Assembly: GCA_003971905.1 (NCBI GenBank)
Contig: RSEE01000156.1
Location: 1-64,000, forward strand
Direction: 5' to 3'
DNA from: Moniliella sp. 'wahieum'
Lineage: Eukaryota
Length of the DNA stretch: 64,000 bases
Made by a program: the position numbers and the translations under genes. Below are positions 36,484 through 50,233 of the stretch, piece by piece. Every line of letters starts with the position of its first letter. Position 1 is the first letter of the stretch. The notes below the pieces were generated by a model. The model had not been told where the DNA came from and made no database searches. It saw only the letters and a list, made by a program, of their open reading frames with translations.

Positions 36484-38896
36484 TCAGGCCTCATTACTCA
36501 TTTGAGGATGGTATCTAACGTGAACGGGGCAGCACGTTTTCGCTTGACTTTGACCGACCTGCCTGGACCAGGTCCCGTGGTCGAGGCCGAAGAGGGGGTG
36601 GGCAGAGAACCGAGCAGAGGGACGGTCGGAAGAAGAAAGGGGGGAGGAAACGCTAATACGAATGCGATGCGATGGGGACGATGGTGACTGCTTCTCGAGA
36701 CAAGTAAGGCCAGTGGGGGCAGTAGGGCTTGGTACGTGAGGGCTCCGCTGGGAGTTCCCCTGGGAGTCTCTCTGGGAGGTTCCCTTCCCTTTGCGTGGGG
36801 AAGCAAGATCAATCGTCCGTTCTCCCCCATCTGGGTTGATTGAACGATGTAAGAGCAATGGGTCGATAGCCAAGCGCCGATCCGCTGGGAAGAGGGCCGA
36901 ACCGTACCGAGTACTTGCGTCGCGCAACCGGATCGCTTCGGTGCGCGAGGCCGGCTTGCCACCCCCTCGTAAATCTTCACGCAACAAACTGACAATCAAC
37001 TCGGGCATCAAAACCGAGTGAACAAAGATGGTCGGGGGGACCGGGTAGATCCGATCTACATCGATCGTGAGCGGTACGAAGCCAGTGGGCTTGTGGTCCA
37101 GAGTGGGAGGAGTACCGTCGGAGCGGATGCAAATGGATGAGGCATCGGAGGAATTATCCGGGGTAGCAGTGGTGCGTATATTGTGGTCCTTCTCTCGTGT
37201 GGACGAAGGGAGAAACTCGACGAGGCACATGGTCAATAACGTTTCCCATCCCTGTTCCCCATAGTACCCCCGCCCGCTGGTCCGCCACAGCGTCCATCTG
37301 TGCCCCGGTTCAACGCACGTTGGCCCTGGGTCTTGATCCTCTCAAGCAGGGCAGTGAACCACGTGCTCTCCTCCGGATGGGCAATGATCGTGGCCAAGCG
37401 GGCCCAATGGACGGCCTTGGGAGGTTCCTCTGCAGCCCCACCCGATCGGGCTGTACCAAACTTGACCCGCCAGCGCAAATGGGCAGCATCCAAGCGCGTT
37501 GGCCACCCCTGCTTCAGTCCGTGGGGAACGGTTACCCGTTCATCCTCGTGCCGCAGACATACGCCCACCGTATGTTGACCCCCCACGTGCCCATGGGTAC
37601 GATGGAACTCGTCGAGCAACGGCTGGAACATGCGTACCAGCGCCATGCTCATCCTTTTGGGAACGGGTTGGAGCAGAAAGGGCAGGTCTCCAAGTCCGTG
37701 ACCACAGTCGGCACGGTACTGGTGAGCGAACGCTTGGACCCTGTCGAGGTGGTGGCCGAATTGGCCATGGCCCAAATTTGAGCATCGAGTTTCTGCTTGG
37801 ACCGGGACGCCTCCGATCCAGCCACCGGGGCTGGCGTCCGCTCTACTGCGCCAACGGAGCTGGATGCGTTTTCAAGGTCCTCCGACTGGACCAGTCGCTG
37901 TTGTAGTTGTACATGCGCTTGTTCCCAGTGCTTCTGCTGTTTGCCCACTTCTGCGAGGTGGGCTTTGGTCGGACCCGACAAGGCAATCGTTTTGAGGGTG
38001 GGGCGTGCAGGTGGGTCTTTGGTCGACGTAGAACTGGACAACTACGTTTCGAACGAGGCGGACCGAGGCACGTGAGTTGGGCCGGTGGGCGAGATGGGCG
38101 CGGGCGTGGAGAGCGCGGGTCATCCAGATCGGAATCTCCTGACGACTCTTGGGCCAGAACGGTTGCCGAAGTGGCAGCGGCAGGAACAGCGGCAAGGTCA
38201 CCTTTAGGATGGGAGAGTCGTTGCGGATCCGAGAGCGGAAGGATGGGAGCTTAAGCTGAGCACGACCATTAGGTTTGAGAGGGGCGTCCGAGGCAGCCAG
38301 GGCACTTTGGGAGCTACTGGGGGCTCGGAAGTCAGGGCGGTGGGATAGGGGTTGCGGCTAGAGTAGGTCGGAAGACGAAGTTTGGCTGTTGCCTGAACCG
38401 GCGGCGGGGGGGAGGATGCGCTAGTGCGAATCGACTGCGGTGGAGGCGGGGAGGAGGGAGACAGACGCGGGGGTTGGTCATATGCGTGCCACCAGGCCCT
38501 TGGGCCTGTGCAGGGGAGCAGCAACATCCAGCTCGTCCGAATCGGAGCCGGGGTCTGTGACGGCATGGGCAGGAGCAAGCGGGAGAGAGCGAGGAGCGTG
38601 CGTGCGCGGGGGCGAGGCTTGGCTGGAACGGGTGAGGTCGACGGGTGTGGGGTTGGGGCGGCGTTTCTTGGTGGACGGTGTGGGGGGGTGCGCGTGGGCA
38701 ACGAGCGTGCCGCGGGGGCAATGCTGGCGCCGAGCCGCTCGGTGGCGCGGCGCGGGACAGAGGAGGGAGGCCGATGCGGCTGGCCAGGCGGCAAGTCGAG
38801 GTCGGAGGAGGGGGAGGGGGAGTGGATGCGGGTGGGCGGCATGCTGGTGGGGCTGGCGGCGTCGGGCTGTCTCCGAGGGGTAGCATCCAGCGGCAT
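36484..38896 (-). CDS. RTC4: RTC4-like domain protein
   Basis: CPFC, VCLRHEDE..VPHG..QGWP, GYYGEQG, FVHSVLMPELIVSLLRED, ASTRYGSALFP match my recollection of the RTC4-like domain. Low-complexity N-terminus; frameshifted; ends approximate. Confidence 0.75.
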
Positions 38897-39212
38897 CCAG
38901 CGATTGGTCCTTCAAGCTTCACGTGACGCGTCACAGGGCGTGTCGCATGTCACATATCACATGTCACATGCAGGAAGCATGATACTTTCAATTCCCCGGG
39001 CCCCTCTCGTCGGCGAGCTACTCCTGTGCCACGACAGGCGCGCCCCCGGTGGCAGTGCCCACAGCGCCCCCGTGCGCCCACCGCTTACCTCATCCGCCGC
39101 CGCGTTCGCAGCTAGCCAACAGCGCCGGAGCAGTGCGACTGGATTGGTGCGATGCGCTGTGCTTGGCCCGCCCCACCCCCACCATCCCATCCCATCCCAC
39201 CCCACCCTCACC

Positions 39213-39949
<737 letters not shown>

Positions 39950-40434
39950 TAGGTCTGCCGCAGCGTCACCGCATCCAATGGCACCCGTTCACGTGATCTC
40001 ATGACTTCATTTGTTCGCCTTTCTGCACCTACCTTTGGCGGACTGCGTCGACGAATAGTATGCAGTCCTGTCTTTCCTCCGACGGCCATCAGGAGTATTC
40101 CCCCCCAAAGGGACAAATATCGGGTCTGCCTGTCTGTAGCAACGCGTGCGCACTCCAATTACTATCACAAGCCGTTTCCCATGAATCAGGACAGAGCCAT
40201 GGATTTTTAAGCAGGCACCTTGCCAGAAGAGGGGTACGACATATAGCAGGCACAAAGCACTGAAGGACGCACTGTGCTTGAAATGGCAATGCCCAGAACC
40301 AGTAAGAGCCAGATGCTCCATTCAAGGGAGGGGAGGTGGAAACCAAAGAAAAAATTTCCAACTTTGAGGCCAGGAAAACCTGCCTGAGATAGGTTCCCTG
40401 CGCAACCGCCAAGCTGTGAAAGCGGTAAAGCTGC

Positions 40435-40881
40435 TCACAGACGGCGACCACGACGACCGCCCTTCCTGCGGGTCGAGTCGGTGGGGACGGGGGTCACGTC
40501 CTCAATGCGGCCAATGCGCATGCCCGAGCGGGCGAGCGCACGAAGGGCCGACTGGGCACCAGGGCCAGGGGACTTGGTGCCAGTGCCACCCGTAGCACGG
40601 AGCTTAATGTGCAGAGCAGTGATGCCCACCTCCTTGCAGCGGGCAGCCACGTCCTGAGCAGCAAGCATAGCAGCGTACGGCGACGACTCGTCACGGTCAG
40701 CCTTGACCTTCATGCCACCCGTCACACGGCTGATCGTTTCCTTGCCCGACAGATCCGTCACGTGGATGAACGAGTCGTTGTACGAGGCAAAAATGTGGGC
40801 CGTGCCAAACACAAGCTCGCCGTCACCGACCTGGGGGCCGAGAGCGACAGCAAGGGCAGCCGTACGAGTCTTAGGGGGCAT
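40435..40881 (-). CDS. RPS14: 40S ribosomal protein S14 (uS11)
   Basis: [55 protein letters not shown]. Confidence 0.98.
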   Translation of the reverse strand: MPPKTRTAALAVALGPQVGDGELVFGTAHIFASYNDSFIHVTDLSGKETISRVTGGMKVKADRDESSPYAAMLAAQDVAARCKEVGITALHIKLRATGGTGTKSPGPGAQSALRALARSGMRIGRIEDVTPVPTDSTRRKGGRRGRRL

Positions 40882-40887
40882 CGTGAA

Positions 40888-41197
40888 CTGCAAGCGGCAA
40901 ACCAAGACGTTAGCCATCATGTTCCCATCTCAAGTTGCAAGGGAGCCGTGAACAGGGAGGCAACAAAAAGGGGGGTGAGGTGCCCACAGGGAGCATTAGC
41001 CTGAACCGTAATGCCAAAGGAGCCAAAGCGAAAGTGCATGTCCCGCCACAGACGCTCAGACCAGATCCCAAGGTGCGCTCGACAAACGCCGTGATCGACC
41101 ACCGCAGTTGATGCCGAGCGCATGCGGGAACCCTTCCCCCTTCCTGGCGTGTGATGCCGCACATCCATCGCCCCCCTTGATGGGTAGGTGCACGTAC
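40888..41197 (-). other. 5'-UTR intron of RPS14 (310 nt)
   Basis: AAG|GTACGT donor at 41197, GCTAAC branch near 40912, TTGCAG acceptor at 40888, 6 nt upstream of the ATG. Confidence 0.8.
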
Positions 41198-41592
41198 CTT
41201 GAATCTAGCGAGACCGCGTCGATGGTGAGGACAAAGCAGCTCCCGCCGCTGGGGTTCATGTTGGACGTCGCGTGCTGCGGTTGGTCCCTTATTCTCTAGG
41301 GTTGCCGCCGCAATAAATGGTAGGTTGATTTAACCCTGCGAACACGTGGAAAAATATCGTTCAGTATTTCAATACTGGCATTGATGCACTTGATGCAAAC
41401 ATTCAACGTTCAACTTGAAGCTTCAAGGTGCGAGTATTGGTATAGTTGGTAGGGTGCATCGAACATTGAGGTCTGTTGGCCAGTATAGGCCGCTACAAAC
41501 TCCATCCCATCTTCCCCACCTCCATCTCTGTCTACTACTTGAGCGATCAGAGATGTGGGATAAGGGACAAGAGACGCAATAACGTGGTACTC

Positions 41593-41630
41593 GCAACTGG
41601 CAACTGGCAACTGGCAACTGGCAACTGGCA
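41593..41630. repeat. Microsatellite (GCAACTG) x 5
   Basis: Direct reading. Confidence 0.9.
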
Positions 41631-41727
41631 CCCCCATGGCTACGCCTACACCACGTCCCACCCCACCCACTTCATACCAAAAAAGGGAAACATGATATGC
41701 AAATAGCGAATCCATAGCCATCAGTAG

Positions 41728-42807
41728 TTACATGGCCGGCCACCGTGGTTCTCGATCTCGGTCCCACCAGTGCAGTTCCCGTTGCGGCTGCGTTGACGTC
41801 TTCCACCATTCCGTAGGACTGGACGGATCGCCCAACTCCAATGGACCGGGTACATCATCATCCCGCTCCTCGTGGCCTTCTTCCACTGGCTGCACGCCCC
41901 CTCCCCTTCCACCTCTCCCTCCCATGCGAAGTTCCACCTCCCGACCTGCTCCGCCTTCCATTCCCGGTTCCCTTCCCGGGTCCACGTCCGGGTGCACCGC
42001 CACCCCTGCTGCCGGTCCCACACCACCCCGTACTCGCCTGCACGTTCTCCGCCATTCGGGACAGCATGCGATCGATCCGTCTTCGTGAAATGTGGCCTTG
42101 GGGCGGTGGGGCGGTGACTCGTCCGGGCGGGGCGGCGGTGCGCGTGGTGCTGGAGGACAGAGAGCCCGTCATGGTCATGGTCATTGTCATCCGGGGACTG
42201 GTGGCACTGGTGGAAAAAAGGGTGCTGTCGGGCGGACGCGCTTCGAGCAACCGCGCCAAATCCATTTCGTCGTCTTCCGTCCCTTCGGGTCCTAGGAACG
42301 CGCGAGACCGGTCTCTTCTCGTTCTCGTTCTCGTTCTCTTTCTTTCGGAGGGTCTCGCTCACCCACCCGATCCAGACGGGGGTCCAGGCGCGGATCGAGA
42401 CGGAGCGTGCGTCGGGCCGGACGCGGCCGTGCATACGAAGAAAATACCTGCTGCAACGACCCAGGCGCAATGGGCGATGCTCCCAGGCGCAGTGGGCCGA
42501 GCGTAGGTCCAGTAGCGTGCAAGGGAGCGTACGAGAAGTGGGAGAGGTGGGAGGCATGGGAGGAGTAGGAGACCCCGTAGTGCGAACCACTCGAGCTGGG
42601 CGACGAAGGCGAGGGCGAAGGTAAGGGCGAAACCGATGGCGAGTCATGCGGACTCGTAGAGCGCGGCAGGTTTCCAGATGATGCTATCCCAGAGAGGCTG
42701 CCAAGCTGACCGCCAAAAGGGGAAGGCGCACCGGCTCGCACGTTTCGCTCGCTCTCACGTAGTCGGTCCCGCGTGAGACTGACGCCAGACGGCGGGGTCA
42801 TCGTCAT
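41728..42807 (-). CDS. Hypothetical low-complexity (S/R/E-rich) protein
   Basis: Chain of overlapping minus-strand ORFs (42292-42981, 41858-42265, 41728-42021) that read as one frameshifted protein; no family recognised. Confidence 0.35.
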
Positions 42808-43236
42808 AAGGCGGTGGTGGTAGGGATGACGAAGACGAGAATGGCGTAGATTGTGGTGGTGTTGGAGGTGGAGACGGTGGAGGTGGGGAGGAGGCTGGCG
42901 ATGGCGTTGATGGGTGGGGATGGGTCTCCTGAGTCCTGCTGATAATGCTAATCTTGATCTCCACGTGGGATGGGTGAGCAATGCCGATGATCGATGATCG
43001 ATGATGCCGGGCCGCGAATAGGCGCTGGGATTGAATATTGAAGCCAGCCGACCTCAGCAATCGTTATCCGCGCCGGCAACCATCGACATCGATCGTCCCA
43101 CCCAATTATCGCGGCCTGACGTAAGGCCTAAGGCCGGATGAGTGGGGCGGGGAGAGGCCCAGGGCGGTGGGAGCGGGCCACGACAAAGCACCGTGAAAGC
43201 ACCCTAGGACCCCCACCTCGCATTCTTCCTGCGACC

Positions 43237-44815
43237 ATGTCATTCCTCCGGTCGTACGAGCAGGCGCTGGCCACGCATGCGCCTGCCATCGGCGCGGTCG
43301 AGTCGTCGGTGCGGACCCTGACCTGGCTTTTGCCTGGCCGGTTCAACGACTCGGAACTGGCCGCAGAGGGGTGGCAGCGCTGCTGGCGCTGCTGGGCGTG
43401 TACCACGATGCGTTGGTCCGTCCTGCGATCCAAAAGGCCGTACGGGACGCCTCGGTCCAGCCTTCTCCCTCTGGATCCACTTTACTTTCTCGGTCCGCGA
43501 CCGAGGAGGAGCGGGAGGGACAAGTCGAGGCCCATCTGGCCACCCGGCGGGGTACGTGCCCAGCCTACATACCCGTTACACCCTGTCCCAAGTCCGCAAC
43601 GCACCCTACCGCCGTGCAGGCCGCCTCCTGCTTCTCCTCACACACATCCAACTCGTTCTCGAGATGCTTGCCCAGCGAAAACGCAGAAAGACGCGCCTGG
43701 CAAGGTGCAACCAGGAGCTCAATCGACCGCCTCATCTCCCACTCTCTCCCACACCACAACAGGACAAGCAGGCGCCGTCGACCTCGTCGTCGCCCTCGAG
43801 ACAATCAAGCTGCTTCTTCGGTTCTGCCTCTTTTGGCAGTCGGGATGGCGGCCGGTCTTGCACGATCCCTTGCCCGAGCGCGAACTTGACCCAGCCGACT
43901 TGGTGCCTGTCGCGCCGCCACCACCATCGCAGCCTGTGACATGGGGCGCAAGAGGAACAGCAGTACCAGCAGTGCATGTCTCTCCTCCTCCAGAGGAAGG
44001 GAGGAGGAAATACCGTGGCTCTAGGACTGGGTTGACGTATCCTTCCCTTGGCGAGTTGGGGCAAGGGACGGGGCCAGTATCGGAACCTATGTCGCTAGCC
44101 TCGGACGATTCGGAGGACGAGACGTTGGTGGACCCAGAGGAAGAAGCTGTTCTCGCTCACAGTCGCAGCTGGACGCGGGCGGAGGTGGATACCTTTCTTC
44201 TCTCTCGCACGCTGGCTCCGACCGACTTACGGCCGCTGTCGGAACTGGTGCGTCCGGTCCAAGGCCCCGCTGGGGCGGTGGCAGAAATGCTGCACCTGTG
44301 TCGGCCATTGGTGTATGCGCTGCTGGTTCGGCGGTACGTGCGCCAGGGCTCGTTGCGCCGACGCAGCGTCTGGACCCCGGTCGCGACCGCTTGGGGAATC
44401 GACGTGCTGTCCCGCGCTTTGCGGCGATGGTCTGTCAACCCGCAGGTGCCCGACCCGTTCCTCGATCCACGCGGCTGGGCCCGCGCCATGGCCCCATCGA
44501 ACCCGCTGGCAGGAGGCGTGCAAGGCGCGCTGCTGCGCCTCGTGCTGGCCACCGTGCTGGGTGGCGGTGGGGGGGCCGCGGCCGGGCCGGCGGGTGCGAG
44601 TCGGTGTCGCCGCTAGAGGCGGAGGAGTGGGCGCGCGGACCCAGGCGTGGGGGTGGTACTTGCTGCGTGGACCAGTGTGGACGCAAGGGACCCGGCCGCG
44701 GGTGGAGGCGCTGCTGCGGACGCTGCGGGCGGTGCCGCTGCTGGGGCTGGGGGCGGGGCTGGCGGAGGACTATCTGCCGCTGGTGGACCAGTACTGGTAC
44801 TTTAGTTCGCGCTGA
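43237..44815 (+). CDS. PEX16: Peroxin PEX16
   Basis: N-terminal YE....HA..I..VESSVRTLTWLLPGRFNDSELAAEG; AEMLHLCRPLVYAL; C-terminal WYLLRGPVW..TRP and VPLLGL...LAEDYLPLVDQYWYF. Frameshifted. Confidence 0.88.
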
Positions 44816-45109
44816 AATGGCAAGGGGTGAGATATTGAGGGAGGTGGATGGGAGGGGGGATAGACAGATGGAGTGTAGAATAGGCGGATGGGAAAGGAAT
44901 ACACAGATGGGAGTGGCCGATGGAGTGACCGATGGAGATACAGAGGGAGTAGACAGACAAGATGCGTGACTGGTGTGATGATACGTGGAGGGCCGGCAGA
45001 GGCCGAGTGTGCAGCGCAGACCCAGACGCGCTCGGCTGGGTGCTGCTCCACCACCACAGCTGCACTCCCTTCTCCAATGGGCTTCTGAGCACTGCCATGT
45101 GCGCAGCCT

Positions 45110-47190
45110 ATGCCACCCCACCCGCCCACCCCCACCAGGCGCCTCCGCCCGCAGCCCCCACCCGCTCCCCAGCTCCACGCCATCCTTAGCTCCTCCCGCC
45201 GCCGCCGCCGCCGCCCCTGGGTCTTCCCACGCCACCGCCCCACCCCTCCGAAGGCGGCCTCGACCCCTCGCCCGCGCCAGCGCCCAGCACGCCCGCACCT
45301 CCTCCCTCTCTCACACCCGCGCCCAGCACGCCCACACCTCCTCCCTCTCTCTCTCCCGCGCCGAGCCCGCCCTCCCACCGCCGCACCGCCTCCGCCGCCA
45401 CCACCACCGCCAGCGCTACCGCCCGCACCCAGCCCTACCCGCCCCCGGGCGCCCCCATCCCCCCGCCCGCACCAGCTCGCTGCGCTCCCACACCCTCCCA
45501 CTCCTACTCCCACTCCCGCTCCCACTCCCCTCCACCTCCACCACCTTCCTCCCCCTCTCCAGCCCCGCCCGCCCCCCCCCCGTCTCCCGCCCCTCCGCCG
45601 CGTCCCGCGTCCCCCCCCCGCACCACGCCCATTCCCGCACCGCTCTGCCCTCGCCGCCATGGAGCGCCTCCAACTCTTCCCCCTGATCCAACCCTCCCCC
45701 TAGGCGAGGAGTCCAACCTGTACCCATGGGCGTACGACCTGCCCCCTCTGCCCACCACGCCCCGGCCCACCCCCACCTCCCCCCACCCCCAGCCCCGCTG
45801 CTGCAACAAGGCGATCTCTTCATCTCGCCTGCCCAGGTTCAGGACACATATCTCTTTGCCCGACAGCCTGCGTTCCTTACCATCAGAGCCTCTCTCTGCC
45901 GTTCCTCCACCTCTTCGATGGGACTGGCGCGGTATCGATAACGGCCTCTTCGCCTTCCGGATCTTACCTCCAACCCGTCCCTGGCTCGGTCAGTGTCAGC
46001 GTCGGCTCCCTCTCCCCCCACCCGATGTCGCCCCTGCCTTCCCTCCCGCCCGTACCAGGTCCCATCCCAGTCCAAGTGGCAGCATGGTGGCGCTGCTGCC
46101 TCCCCCCGCCTCGCCGGGGATCGGCGCCAGTCTGATCCTCCCCTGGCGCGTTCCGGGGGAAACGGAGGGGTGCGGGGAAAGACTGCGCAGTCGCACAAGT
46201 ACGAATGCCAGTGGTGCGGCAAACGGTTCACCCGCCCTTCGTCCCTCAAGATCCACCTCCACGTTCATACGGGCGAAAAACCCTACGTGTGCGACGAACC
46301 CGACTGCGGCAAAAGCTTTAGTGTTCAGTCCAACCTCCGCCGACACAAACGATTCAACCATACGGATCAGACGGGGGCCTCGGCTGGCTCACCTTCCGCT
46401 TCCGTCCCGGCCTCGGCGCAGGGATCGGGGCAGGGCTCAGGCCAGGGATCAGGCCAGACCTCAGGATCACGTCCAGGATCGGCATTGGGCCTGTCCATCT
46501 CGCCCTCCCAATTCAACCGCACCTCGTCGTCTCTCCCCGGCAAGGGAGCAGGGACTCAGCATCTGTCCCCTCACTCTGGTTGCTGTTGCTGGTGCTGGTT
46601 CTGCTTCCTATCCCGGTTCCTATTCTGCCGCTTCTGTTCGCCACATCCTGCTGGATCCCCACTGCATCTAGGCAAACCTAAGTCCCTTGGCTACCAGCCC
46701 CCTCTTGCTTCCGGGCCCGTTAAGTCGTCCCATGCCAACAGCCCACTTTGCTCCCCAACGCAACCCGCATCCAGGCTCGCATTTAAGTCCCAGCCCGCTC
46801 TTGTCCCCTCTGGCGGGGCCAATGACTGGACCAATGGCTGGACCAATGGCTGGACCAATGGCGGCGCCTCTGGTTGGCCCCCAGGTGATCGTCCCTAGCC
46901 ACCCGAACAGTCCTTTGGTCGGCACGGTGCCTGGGACATTACCTGTCGTACCGCCAGCTCCGATCGCTCCTGCTTCCCCTCTTCCCGCTCGGTGGAAACC
47001 TTCCCGAGGCATACGTCACAACCCAACTGTTGCCCCCCGATGCAGTTGCAGGTGTGCCGGCGGTACGGGTGGAAGAGCCCAAGCCGCCCACTGGCCGTAT
47101 AGTGGGTTTTCTCTTCCGGCTCGGTGGAGGGTACCTTTGATCGTTGGCGCAGCTTGCGCAGATTGTCAAGGATCGATCTTGTGTTCCTGA
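45110..47190 (+). CDS. Two-finger C2H2 transcription factor (FlbC/MtfA-like fingers)
   Basis: [54 protein letters not shown] at about 46200-46361. Pro-rich flanks; gene ends are uncertain. Confidence 0.8.
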
Positions 47191-47712
47191 CACCCTGCGA
47201 TCCTGCGATCCCATCGATCCCCGTGGTTTCCTCTTACTTACCCTCTCTTTCCTTCCCTCCTTTCCCTCCCTCCCTTTCCGCCCTTTCCGCCCTTCTCACC
47301 CTTGTCTCCCTTGTCACTCTTCCCTCTCCGTCTGTGTTCCGTTGTGTCTCTTGTGCTCTTGTACCGGATCCCATCCATGTCCGTGCCATGTCTATGTTTT
47401 GCTCGCATTGACCTGTATGTATGTCACCATCGGGATAGACGAGTGTGCGTTGCGAGAGCGGCAGATGGGCAGCGGGCGAGGGGGATGGCCCCCACGTTAG
47501 ATTTAGATCAGCGGGGAGGAGAGGGATAGGGGAAGGTGGCGGAGGTGGACGTGAAGTTGAAGTGGCGCGGTGGCGCTCCAATTTCATTTTGCGCTGAGCT
47601 CATCCGGCGGCCTCGCCTTGAGGCTGGAGGGCCACCTGGACCTGACTCGCAGGCAGCCGCAGACGGGGGGGCGCATCGCTGTCTGCGCGACGATCTGCCC
47701 CGCCCGCCCGCC

Positions 47713-50233
47713 ATGGACGCTTCCGGCGCGCCTCGACGCCCGCCTCCGTCCCTCGACCGCCTCGACCGTCTCGAGCGCCGCCACACGCAGAGGCGACGTC
47801 GAGGCCAGTGCGGCCGACGACGACGGCTACTCTCCGGCTCCCCATAGCGCTGCCGCCGCCCATTGCCCTCCTCGCCGCCAACCTTGCGCCCCCCACCGCC
47901 TCGTCAACCTTGTCGTCGGGCTTGCCTCCATCGCGTCGTCGCTCGCTCCGATGCATGCCATGCAGGCTATGCCCCCCCGCCTCCCGTGTCCTACCGCTCC
48001 TCCCTCTATGCCCCTGGCAGACCGCCTCCCCACCTCCCCACCCCCCTCCACCTCCCCGCCCGCAACCCCGCCCGCGATGGCTCCGCCGCGTGCGCGATCC
48101 CGCCGACTTGAGGCCCAACACTGAGGCGCTCATCGTGCAACGGGACGACGAGCAGACCCAGCAGGTGGGATGGTCAGCGTGCGTACTCCATCCCTTTTCT
48201 CCTTTCCCTTTTCTCATTTCCCCTTTTCTCCATTCCTTTCCGTCTGCTTGTCTATGGGTTTGCTTTTGTGTTTGGGATAATTGTTGACTCTTGAACCTCG
48301 GTTCGGGCTTTCCTGCAGCCCCTAAAGGCTCTGACGGTCCTACCTCCACCATACATACCACCTTGTCAATCCATCCTTCCTCTACGAACTGGCCTGCAAC
48401 CCTCGTCGGGTACTGACCAAGCCAGCCACCAGCGCACAACCAAGGCCGGGACAACGAAACGAACGACTTTATTCTCTATGTCAACGACTGGCTCGGCACC
48501 GAGACGGGGACAAGTATTTGATCTTGGACATGCTTGGCAGGGCACATTTGGCCAGGTGGTCAGTGCCAAAACATGCGCACGCACGAAATTGTGGCAGTCA
48601 AGGTGATCAAGAACCATCCGGCCTACCTCCAACAGAGCTGGACCGAGGTGGCTGTGTTGGAGTTGCTCAATACCAAATTTGATCCGCGCGACGAGCACCA
48701 TCTGCTTCGCTTGCACATACGTTTCTTCTCCATGCCAAACATTTGTGCTTGGTATTTGAACTCTTGTCGAGCACTTGTACGAACTGATTCGACAAAACTC
48801 GTACCGCGGCGTAAGTCCCTGGTTGGTACGTGTATTTCGTCCCAGTTGCTGGATGCGCTCTCGTCCTCCTCCAGGACGCCCACATTATCCACTGCGACCT
48901 CAAGCCCGAACATCTTGCTCAAGTCGCTCCAACCACCCTTGGCCATCAAACCGTCGACTTTGGCTCGGCCTGCGACGAACATCAAACCGCGTTCACGTAT
49001 ATTCAATCCCGCTTTTACCGTTCGCCCGAAGTCCTGCTCGGTCTGCCGTACAATGCAGCGATTGATATGTGGAGTTTGGGCTGCATTGCCGCCGACTCTT
49101 CCTCGGTCTGCCCTTGTTTCCCCGGAACAAGCGAGTTCAACCAATGACCTGCATTGTCGAGATGATGGGGATGCCACCTCCCCATGCTCGTCAAGGGCAA
49201 GCATACCCACCACTTTTTCCGTCGGTACCCAGACGATATGGCCACCCGCACTACCACCTCAAACACGCGAGCAATGGCCAAAGAACATCCGACAAACCCA
49301 ACGAACCCCCGACCAAAAAATTCTTTGCTGCCACCACCTTGCCTGACATTATTCGTTCCTACCCCCTTCCCGCTCGCGCGGACACCCTCACTCGAGCCAT
49401 CATCGGACTGACGAAGCACGCGAACAAGCCCAACGAACGTGCTTTATCGATTTCCTCCAGGGCTTGCTCCAGATGGACCCGCACTTGCGCTGGACCGCGC
49501 ACCAGGCTCGGTTGCACCCATTCGTGACTGGCGAACCGTTTTACCGGACCGTTCCAGCCCTGACCCGACCGAACCACGTGGCACGACCACCGTACCAGCA
49601 CAAGCGGCGGCAACTGCCCCCATTACAGCGCCACCCGTGCCCTCATCGGGATTGGGATCGGCACTTTCTCCTCCCCCTTGCTCCGCTCGCGGCTCCCACG
49701 CAAGTTCCAGTTCCACCTGCAGCCGCAGCTCCCGGCTCGGTTTTCAGCTTCGGCTTCGGCATCGTCTTCTTCATCGCTGGAGAGGAATTCTCATCGCCCG
49801 CCTCGACTGCCTCCGCACTGCTCGTGTCACGTCCGGACGCAACTATGCTGCCGAGGCAGCTTCGTATGCCCAGGCACAGGCACAGGCACAGGCCCAGGCA
49901 CAGGCACAGACGCAAGTGCAAGTGGCCCACCACAGCGCAATCGGGCAAGTTACGTCGACCCGATGGGACGGGGTGTGGCACGACGGGTCGGTAGTTGGAC
50001 CGCACCGAACGTACGGCGGCGCAGCCGACATGGCTTCTACCCCGTACTGGTCGCAGGGGGGTACTACTACGACCCTTCTCTTCCTGGTGCTGGTGCTGGT
50101 GCTGGGGTGGTGCAGCGCCTATTTCATCTTCGGCTGCGGCAGCTGCAGCTACGGCAGCTGGGTTCTCCCAGCCCCCCCCGCCTCCTCCAGCTCGTACCCC
50201 CCCGCGCACGTCGCTTCCCTCCACCAATCCTGA
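47713..50233 (+). CDS. YAK1: YAK1-family DYRK protein kinase
   Basis: RVLTKP..DNE..DFILYVNDWLG, GTFGQVV, VAVKVIKNHPAY, HCDLKPE, DFGSAC, YIQSRFYRSPEVLLG; intron 48164-48318. Many frameshifts; ends approximate. Confidence 0.9.
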
